A stretch of 64,000 nucleotides of DNA. It comes from Alphaproteobacteria bacterium (GTDB lineage: Bacteria > Pseudomonadota > Alphaproteobacteria > Sphingomonadales > JAKSBY01). A program made the position numbers and the translations under genes. Below are positions 1-7,196 of the stretch, in pieces; the first letter of the stretch is position 1; the number at the start of each line of letters is the position of its first letter. Below the pieces are notes generated by a model. It had not been told where the DNA came from and ran no database searches. It saw only the letters and a program-made list of their open reading frames with translations. Where the stretch lies: the NCBI GenBank assembly GCA_021774625.1, contig JAJFIV010000031.1, positions 64,180 through 128,179 of the forward strand. Direction: 5' to 3'.

Positions 1-12
1 GCGCGGACAGTT

Positions 13-1164
13 ATGAAAATCACCTTTGTGCCCCATAAGCCTTTGCCTGATCGGGATGCCGATGCGGAACAACTGGTCAATAGTGCGGCAGCCCTGGCGC
101 GGGCCGGGCATGAAGTGACGCTGCTGGCGCCCTGCTATCCGGGTCAGACCGCGCCCGATGCGTCCATGCTTGCGGATTATTATAAGCTTGAGGGGAATTT
201 TTCCGTTGCCGGGCAGGCCATCCCGAATTTGCCGCACCCTTTTTTGCGCAGTTTGTATCACGCCGTGAAATCCTTGCGGCATCCGGCTGTAAGAAATGCG
301 GACGTGGTTTTCACCCGGCGGCTGGAAATGCTGGCCCCTGGTCTGCTGTGCGGTTTGAACATGGCGTTTGATCATTACCGCCCCTGGGGGGATAATCTGC
401 CCATGCTGCGGCCCTTTTTCAGGTGGGCCCTGCGGCGGCGGAATTTTGTGGCGGCCTTTCTTCATTCTGGTTTTGCGGCGGAAAGTTACAAGCGGCTCGG
501 CGTCAGGCAGGATAAAATCTTCGTAGCCCATAACGGTTATACGCCGGCGATCATGGAACCGCGGCTGTCCCGGCTGGAGGCCCGTAAAAAGCTCGATCTG
601 CCGCCGGATATTCCCGTTGTGACCTATGCGGGGCGGCTGTCGCAGACCAAAGGTCTGGATCAGCTGATGGCCATGGCCGGGAAACTGCCGGATGTGCGCT
701 TTCTGCTGGTCGGCGGTACAGGCGGCCCGCTTGAAAAAGCGGCGGCCCGCTTTGCCAATATAACAATCATTCCCTGGCAGCCTTTCGACGCCCTTCCCCC
801 TTATCTTTATGCGGCGGATATTCTGGTTATCCCGCCGTCGTGTGCGCCGCTGCAAAAGCACAAAAATGCCGTTCTGCCGATTAAGACTTTTCTCTATCTA
901 GCGGCCGGCCGGCCCATCCTGGCGCCGGTGTCGCCGGACACGGAAGAATTGCTGATCCATGGTGAAACGGCTTATCTGGTTGCACCCGACGATCCAGGAC
1001 GGGCAGCGGCCGCCGTACGGGAACTGATTGGTAATGCGGAACTGGCAGCAACGCTGACAAAAGGGGCGCTGCGTCTGGCGCAGAATCTCACCTGGGACAA
1101 ACGGGGGCAAAAAATCAGCGCTGTTCTGCGGGAAAAACTGAAAACCGGGTCTGCGGTATCATGA
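13..1164 (+). CDS. Glycosyltransferase, GT-B fold (family 4-like)
   Basis: 383-aa ORF. The C-terminal half has a GT4-like layout (VTYAGRLSQTKGLDQL, LPIKTFLYLAAGRPILAP, GETAYLVAPDDP). Its stop overlaps the next start (ATGA at 1161-1164). Confidence 0.75.
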   Translation: MKITFVPHKPLPDRDADAEQLVNSAAALARAGHEVTLLAPCYPGQTAPDASMLADYYKLEGNFSVAGQAIPNLPHPFLRSLYHAVKSLRHPAVRNADVVFTRRLEMLAPGLLCGLNMAFDHYRPWGDNLPMLRPFFRWALRRRNFVAAFLHSGFAAESYKRLGVRQDKIFVAHNGYTPAIMEPRLSRLEARKKLDLPPDIPVVTYAGRLSQTKGLDQLMAMAGKLPDVRFLLVGGTGGPLEKAAARFANITIIPWQPFDALPPYLYAADILVIPPSCAPLQKHKNAVLPIKTFLYLAAGRPILAPVSPDTEELLIHGETAYLVAPDDPGRAAAAVRELIGNAELAATLTKGALRLAQNLTWDKRGQKISAVLREKLKTGSAVS

Positions 1165-2663
1165 AAGATCTATCGGATCAGGAACAGTCCGTCAGGGATT
1201 TTTCCGATATTTTGCGGGGCGCTGCCGCCGTTTTCGGCGGGTTTCTCAGCCGCACCGGAACACGTCTTGCCTTCCTGTTTGTCGCCGGGAATCTCTATGG
1301 CGCGGCGGCGCTTGGCGAACTCGCCTTTTTCCTTGCGGTGGTGGAAACCCTGGCTGCGGTCGCGGTCTTCGGCCTAAAAAAATCCCTGTTCGGCTTTGTC
1401 GATCATGATAAACGGGATCCGGCGCGCACGGCGGCCATTGTCAAGAATGCCCTTGTATTCAGCTGCGGGCTTGCCCTTTTGTTTGCCATTGTGCTTGCGG
1501 GGTTTGCCTGGCCGTTTCTGGATTTGCCGGGCAGCCCGGCTTACCTGCGATTTTTCTCATTCATCATCCCGCTGATCGTTTTGACGGATATCCTGTTGAC
1601 AGCGACCCGCATCACCCGGGTCATGCGCTATCTCGTCTATGCCCGTTCTGTTGCCGAACCCATTGCCCTGCTTCTGTTTGCGCTTTTGTTTTTCTTCACG
1701 GATCTGCAGGCCGAAGGGCTTTTGTTATCGTATGCCGGATCTATTTTTGTTGCCTTCACCGTTGCGCTTTATGGCTATGGCAGTTTGCTGTCTTTTCAGG
1801 GGCTGGTGCGGGCGAAGATCAGTATCCGTGATATAAGGCGCATTGCGCGGGTTTCGCTGCCGACAACCCTGGCGGACATTGGCAGCCTGCTGATCCGCCG
1901 GATCGATGTTTTCTTTCTCTGGCATTTTACGTCGGAGGAAGTTGTCGGCATCTATTATGCCGTCCAGAGCATCGCCACCAATATTCAAAAAACCCGGCAG
2001 CTTTTCTCCCCGGTTCTCGCGCCGGTTATCGCCCAGAGCATGGCCAGGCGGTCCATGGAGGCGGCGGCAAACCGCCTTCGGCTGGTCTCCCGCTGGATAT
2101 TGACCCTGCAACTGGCGCAACTGATTTTGCTGTCGCTTTTCGCCGCGCCGCTGCTCGGGCTTGTCGGTCCGGGAATGGAGGCCGGGGCCGTTGCGTTGAT
2201 GATCATTCTGGCCGGGGAAGTTTTTGAGGGAACCTTTGGCCTGCTGGATCTTCCCATCGTGTTCAGACGTCCCTCCATCAACACATATCTGGTTTCGGCG
2301 GGTCTTCTTCTGATGGCTGTTCTTTGCTATATTCTGGTTCCTCTTTACGGGCTGGAAGGCGCGGCGCTGTCGCTAACCTCGGTGTTTATTTTTATCAATG
2401 GCGCCCGGCTTTATATCCTGAAACGGGTTTTTGGATTTTCCGGGCTGGAACGGGCCTATCTCAAACCGGCCGCCGCGGCGGTTGTTACGGCCGTGATGCT
2501 GTTCTTTGCCGTTGGATTCCCGGTATTTAGAAGCGGCTTTGGGCTGGCGGCAGTCTTTATGCTGACAATTTTCAGCTATGCCGGTCTGCTCATGCTTCTG
2601 GGCATCAGCCAGCAGGACAGGGATTTGTACCGGATGATGCGAGGCAGGAAAAAAGACCGCTAG
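1161..2663 (+). CDS. MOP/Wzx-type polysaccharide or oligosaccharide flippase-like membrane protein
   Basis: 500-aa ORF that is almost entirely hydrophobic helices (about 12-14), with the size and layout of 'polysaccharide biosynthesis protein' flippases. It is translationally coupled to the upstream glycosyltransferase. Confidence 0.6.
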   Translation: MKDLSDQEQSVRDFSDILRGAAAVFGGFLSRTGTRLAFLFVAGNLYGAAALGELAFFLAVVETLAAVAVFGLKKSLFGFVDHDKRDPARTAAIVKNALVFSCGLALLFAIVLAGFAWPFLDLPGSPAYLRFFSFIIPLIVLTDILLTATRITRVMRYLVYARSVAEPIALLLFALLFFFTDLQAEGLLLSYAGSIFVAFTVALYGYGSLLSFQGLVRAKISIRDIRRIARVSLPTTLADIGSLLIRRIDVFFLWHFTSEEVVGIYYAVQSIATNIQKTRQLFSPVLAPVIAQSMARRSMEAAANRLRLVSRWILTLQLAQLILLSLFAAPLLGLVGPGMEAGAVALMIILAGEVFEGTFGLLDLPIVFRRPSINTYLVSAGLLLMAVLCYILVPLYGLEGAALSLTSVFIFINGARLYILKRVFGFSGLERAYLKPAAAAVVTAVMLFFAVGFPVFRSGFGLAAVFMLTIFSYAGLLMLLGISQQDRDLYRMMRGRKKDR

Positions 2664-2672
2664 GTCCTGACC

Positions 2673-3383
2673 CTAGGCGTTCAGGTATCGCCTGGCTTTT
2701 TCAAAGGCGGCTGCATCGTCCATGTCGATCCAGAATTTATCGCCAATATCATGGGTGCGGGCATTTCCGTGGTCCGCCAGCCAGCGGACACCGCCGCTTA
2801 ATGATGCGTCGCCTTTTTCAGCAATGCTGTGTTCAATCGCGCTGAAAACAGCCGGGGTCGCCAGTAACACACCGGTATCGAAGGCATTGAAGGAAGCCAG
2901 ATCCTTGCCGATATCCCTGATATGACCATCCTGCTGCAAAACCCGGGTGACATCATCCAGATCGACATCCGGGTTATCCAGCCTTTGGTCGATGGCGAGG
3001 ATGAGTTCATGTTCGCCGATGGGCCGCGCCGCCAGGCCGCGTATGATATCGGGATCAACGATATGATCGCACATGGTCAGGATAAACGGCCCATCAAGGC
3101 GGCCTTTTGCAGTCAGTACCGAATAGCCGTTGGGTTTTGCAAAATCATTATTTTCAATACAGATAATTTCCACCCGGCGCTTTTCGGCCAATTGGTGCAG
3201 ATGGCGGCGCAATTCACCCGACCGGTAACCGGTCACCACAAAGAAACGCCCGGCGCCGCCGCTGCGGGCGCGGCAAATGACATGATCGATCAGGGTTGAA
3301 TGGCCGAGCCGGGTCAGGGGCTTGCTTTTGCTGACGGCCTTAAGCCGTGTGCCCTTGCCGGCGGCGATAATCAGGCAGTCCAT
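2673..3383 (-). CDS. Sugar-phosphate nucleotidyltransferase, candidate CTP:inositol-1-phosphate cytidylyltransferase
   Basis: 236 aa with the N-terminal signature LIIAAGKGTRLK (GxGTRL). Size and layout resemble LicC/IPCT-type cytidylyltransferases. It starts 4 nt after the ino1 stop on the same strand. Confidence 0.6.
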   Translation of the reverse strand: MDCLIIAAGKGTRLKAVSKSKPLTRLGHSTLIDHVICRARSGGAGRFFVVTGYRSGELRRHLHQLAEKRRVEIICIENNDFAKPNGYSVLTAKGRLDGPFILTMCDHIVDPDIIRGLAARPIGEHELILAIDQRLDNPDVDLDDVTRVLQQDGHIRDIGKDLASFNAFDTGVLLATPAVFSAIEHSIAEKGDASLSGGVRWLADHGNARTHDIGDKFWIDMDDAAAFEKARRYLNA

Positions 3384-3387
3384 GGCG

Positions 3388-4533
3388 TTATTCGGCCGCG
3401 TCCGCCTTCTCGAAGCGGATGGATGGCTTTTTCTCCTGATTCTGCCGGATAAAGGCTTCTGTCAGCGCATAGGCTTCGTCGTCGGCATGCTGAACCGGAG
3501 GGTGTTTGCAGAGAAAGGCGGATGGACCTTCCAGAACGCCGCCGAGCCCCTTGTCCAGCGCCAGCTTGCACATGCGAATGCTGTCTATGGCCACGCCGGC
3601 GGAATTTGGCGAATCTTCCACGGATAGCCTGAGTTCCAGATTCAGCGGCATATCGCCGAACATGCTGCCCTCCATACGGATAAAGGCTACCTTGTTATCA
3701 TTCTGCCAGGGCACATAATCGCTGGGCCCTATATGGATATTCTCATCGTCAAGCCGCTCGCCCGCGACCGACTGCACGGCTTCGGTCTTGGAGATTTTCT
3801 TGGAGGCCAGCCGGTCATAATTCTTCATATTGAGAAAATCGGTATTGCCGCCGGTATTCAACTGATAGGTCCGGTCAAGCCGGATGCCGCGCTTTTGGAA
3901 CAGATTGGCCAGCATGCGATGGACGATGGTCGCCCCGAGCTGTGATTTTATGTCGTCGCCGACAATCGGCAGGCTTTTTGCCGCAAACCGGTTCGCCCAC
4001 GAGGGATCGCTGGCGATAAAAACCGGAATGTTGTTGATAAAACCGCAGCCCGCTTCAAGGGCGCATTCCGCATAGAATTCTGTCGCTTTCTGGCTGCCGA
4101 CCGGAAGATAGTTGACAACGATATCGGTCTTTGTTTGACGCAGAATATCCACAATCTCATCCTTTGTCAGTTCCGGCTTATCGGAAACCAGGAATGTCCG
4201 GTCTTCGGATTGCGTGGCCATGTGATCTGAAAAACCGTCCAGCACCGGACCTTTTTTAACAATAACACCGGTCGGCGGCACGTCTTTGCAGATGACGGTT
4301 GTGCAGTTTGGTTTGGCAAAAATTGCCTCGGCCACATCGCGGCCCACTTTGCGTCTGTCGATATCGAAAGCGGCTGCGACCTGGATATCCGTGGATAAAT
4401 ACTGACCTATTTTCAGGTGCATCAAACCGGCGGGCTGCACCTCATGACCGGCTTTATAATATTGGATACCCTGTATCAGAGCGCTCGCACAATTGCCGAC
4501 ACCGACAATAGCGATATTAATTTTATGATTCAC
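3388..4533 (-). CDS. ino1: myo-inositol-1-phosphate (inositol-3-phosphate) synthase
   Basis: 381 aa with the NAD-binding N-terminus IAIVGVGNCASALIQG. Blocks GDDIKSQLGATIVHR, NTGGNTDFLN and SKKISKTEAV are typical of bacterial/archaeal MIPS. Confidence 0.9.
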   Translation of the reverse strand: MNHKINIAIVGVGNCASALIQGIQYYKAGHEVQPAGLMHLKIGQYLSTDIQVAAAFDIDRRKVGRDVAEAIFAKPNCTTVICKDVPPTGVIVKKGPVLDGFSDHMATQSEDRTFLVSDKPELTKDEIVDILRQTKTDIVVNYLPVGSQKATEFYAECALEAGCGFINNIPVFIASDPSWANRFAAKSLPIVGDDIKSQLGATIVHRMLANLFQKRGIRLDRTYQLNTGGNTDFLNMKNYDRLASKKISKTEAVQSVAGERLDDENIHIGPSDYVPWQNDNKVAFIRMEGSMFGDMPLNLELRLSVEDSPNSAGVAIDSIRMCKLALDKGLGGVLEGPSAFLCKHPPVQHADDEAYALTEAFIRQNQEKKPSIRFEKADAAE

Positions 4534-4764
4534 AAACGCCCTCCAACCTCTTTATGCTCTCTAGCGGAATAGTCTGTCCAACATGAACACAGCATTAAAA
4601 TGCAAACCATAAGAAGTGATATGGCGCAAATACATCGCTCATACGCTTCCCAGAGCCATACTTGTTTTCCTATATATGATCCTGACGCGAACGCAAACCC
4701 CAGAAGCGCTCTCTATGACAAATTCATTACTGTCGGTCCTGTCTATATAAGACGAAGCCGCTCA

Positions 4765-6120
4765 TTAAAAATATTCCGTGTCTTTGAAATTTTTAGCGAT
4801 GACGGAACTTTGCGCGCCGGCATAATCCCGGACCTGGACCATAAAGCGCCACTGGCCGAGCAAAAAAGTGATAACGGTATAAAAGGCCATAACCCAGAGC
4901 CCCAGCCACCAGGCTCCAAACAGCGCAAACGGGATGAAACTCCAGAAAATCGTATTGCGCCGGGCTCCGACAATGCGAATCTGCCGTTCCAGCGGCCCGG
5001 CATCATCCAGTTGGCGGCCGGTCATCCGGCGGAAAAATTCCGCCTGAACGGCTTCCGCCCAGGAAAAAAGCACCAGCAGAGTTGCCAGAACCCAGGGCCC
5101 GCTGTCATTATTGGCGCTTGAAAGATAGTAGGCAAGACCGAAATACCAGGAATATTCTACCAGTTTATCCAGAATATGTTCAAGCTGCCCCGCATTCGAC
5201 GCGAGCATTTTGACCCGCGCCAGCTTGCCATCCACGCCATCCAGAATGCCGATCGCCAGGGTGCCGATCAGGGCGGGCCATAAATAGCCGGTGGCAAACA
5301 GATAGGTGATGAAAAATCCCAGAACGCCCGTCAAAACCGTAACCATGTTGGGTGTAAGGGGTGTATTCAGGCTATAGCGGACGATAAAATTCTCCGCTGC
5401 GGGATGCAGCCACCTGCCCGGCCAGTCGAGAACGCCTTTTTGGGCGGCTGCAATCAGACCATCCGTTGCTTTTCCGGCTTCCTCCGCATTTCCGGCAGGC
5501 CGCCACATCAAGGGCACATCACGGCGCCGGCCCGGAATATATTCAGGAAGCTTGCCGATATCGATCATTTTGACCCGTTTGTCCGCCAATGCCTTTTCCA
5601 GCAGCGATTCCATGGTGCGGTCAGTAATATCCTGTGAGAGCACATTTTTTAAAAGATCCGCCGGGACTTTGGCGGCGGACGCGAACAGCCGGTCTATACC
5701 ATTATGCTGCATGGAAATCCCGTCCGCATGACCGGCAACCACGGCCTTGGGCGGAAACAGGGCCAATACAGGGGCAGTCCGGTGTTGATAGACCGCTTCG
5801 ATGATCCGGTCATCAACCACGACGCTCTCTTCAAGGATGAGGAATTCATCGCCGTCCTGCAGCCAGGATGCCATGCTCATGTCCGTTTTCAGATCAATGA
5901 CAGAGAGGGAATCCGGGACTTTTCGGAAATTCCCCTTTTCCCGATGCAGTATTTCCGGAAAATCGCGGGAAAGTATGATGGTTTCATCCAGCCCCAGTTT
6001 TTTGATCTGGCGGAGCTGTCTTTCGATCAGACTGATGCCGCCGGCGCTGAGCAGGGCGCGGGGCTCACCGGGTTGTTCCTTGATTGTCTTGTCGGCAAAA
6101 ATAAGCGCCTTCGTCGCCAT
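4765..6120 (-). CDS. Fusion protein: nucleotidyltransferase-like N-domain (degenerate signature) plus CDP-alcohol phosphotransferase membrane domain (IPCT/DIPPS-like architecture)
   Basis: The ORF track gives 4765-6276. I prefer Met53 (MATKALIF, nt 6120), which removes the overlap with the divergent gene at 6206. The N-half is NTP-transferase-like but lacks GxGTR (ALIFADKTIKEQPGEPRALL). The C-half is multi-TM with DGVDGKLARVKMLASNAGQLEHILDKLVE. Confidence 0.65.
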   Translation of the reverse strand: MATKALIFADKTIKEQPGEPRALLSAGGISLIERQLRQIKKLGLDETIILSRDFPEILHREKGNFRKVPDSLSVIDLKTDMSMASWLQDGDEFLILEESVVVDDRIIEAVYQHRTAPVLALFPPKAVVAGHADGISMQHNGIDRLFASAAKVPADLLKNVLSQDITDRTMESLLEKALADKRVKMIDIGKLPEYIPGRRRDVPLMWRPAGNAEEAGKATDGLIAAAQKGVLDWPGRWLHPAAENFIVRYSLNTPLTPNMVTVLTGVLGFFITYLFATGYLWPALIGTLAIGILDGVDGKLARVKMLASNAGQLEHILDKLVEYSWYFGLAYYLSSANNDSGPWVLATLLVLFSWAEAVQAEFFRRMTGRQLDDAGPLERQIRIVGARRNTIFWSFIPFALFGAWWLGLWVMAFYTVITFLLGQWRFMVQVRDYAGAQSSVIAKNFKDTEYF

Positions 6121-6205
6121 AGGTATGGACCCGGAATTTAAATGAGTGGATGATTTGCCAAGGATTTGTCTGTATGTCCAGAAAAGATGGTGAAAATATG
6201 AAACT

Positions 6206-7105
6206 TTGCAAGACCTCAAGGATTTTATGAGCGCGCACCCTGCCCAACGCCCTCGGGAAATCGAGGAGCTGACCAACCGCTTCCTGATCCATCCGGCTGG
6301 CCAATTTCTCCTGAAGCCACTGGCCAGTGCCGGTATTCATCCCAATTTCGTCTCTTTCGCCGGCTTGTTTGCAGGGATGGGCGCGGCCTATTTTTACTAT
6401 AATTATTATCAGAACCCCCTGGCGGCGACGCTGGGTTTCCTGTTGATGCTTGTCTGGCATATCACTGATGGGATTGATGGCCGTCTGGCCCGGATGACCG
6501 GGAAAGACTCGCAGCTTGGCAAGGTAATTGATGGTCTGGTCGATTATGTGGTTTTTATTCTGGTCTATGTCTTCATGTCTTTGGCGTTTGCTGAAAAGGA
6601 AGGGTATTGGATTGCGTGGTATGGCCCTTTTGCCGGTTTATTCCATATCATACAGGCGGCGGCTTATGAAAAAAGACGGGAAGACTATATCGCCTGGAAA
6701 TATGGTTCAGAGCTGAACTCTTCCGCGGTCTTGAAAGAAGAGAAAAGTTTCAAATTGTCGTCGCTGGCAGTCATTTTTGACTGGTTCTATCAGCAAATAC
6801 AGAAGGCTGGCGGACAAAGCCAGACGATGCAGGAATTGAAGTCCCGCATAGACCGTCTCGCACCCGCTAAACAACAGCGCATACGGCGGGAATATTGTAA
6901 CCGCTACGCGCCCCTCTTGCGTCAATGGTCTTTGCTGAGCGCCAACACCCGGACCATGGCAATTTATATTGCCTGTCTGGCGGCGGGCCCGCTCTATTAT
7001 TTCCTGTTCGAGATCATCCTTCTCAATCTGGTCATGCTTTGGCTGTTAATCAGACAAAGGCGTTTCGACCAAAGATTTTGTGAATGGACGCTGCAACGAA
7101 TATAA
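6206..7105 (+). CDS. CDP-alcohol phosphatidyltransferase family membrane protein
   Basis: 299 aa with the canonical motif DGIDGRLARMTGKDSQLGKVIDGLVD (D-x2-DG-x2-AR-x8-G-x3-D-x3-D) from nt 6467, plus several hydrophobic helices. The ORF starts with TTG at 6206. An alternative ATG lies at 6227. Confidence 0.75.
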   Translation: MQDLKDFMSAHPAQRPREIEELTNRFLIHPAGQFLLKPLASAGIHPNFVSFAGLFAGMGAAYFYYNYYQNPLAATLGFLLMLVWHITDGIDGRLARMTGKDSQLGKVIDGLVDYVVFILVYVFMSLAFAEKEGYWIAWYGPFAGLFHIIQAAAYEKRREDYIAWKYGSELNSSAVLKEEKSFKLSSLAVIFDWFYQQIQKAGGQSQTMQELKSRIDRLAPAKQQRIRREYCNRYAPLLRQWSLLSANTRTMAIYIACLAAGPLYYFLFEIILLNLVMLWLLIRQRRFDQRFCEWTLQRI

Positions 7106-7196
7106 TACAAATCCTGCCCGGCTTGTGTTTGTATGGTAAAAATATGGTGAACAGGCAACGCTCCGTTAACTTTTTTGCCCGACGCTTTGTAAATCG

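Noticed and set aside
4600-5121. 173-aa plus-strand ORF spanning the ino1 upstream spacer and the 3' end of the fusion gene.
   Set aside because: It has low-complexity, shadow-like sequence and overlaps the TM-rich C-terminus of the CDP-alcohol phosphotransferase domain on the other strand.
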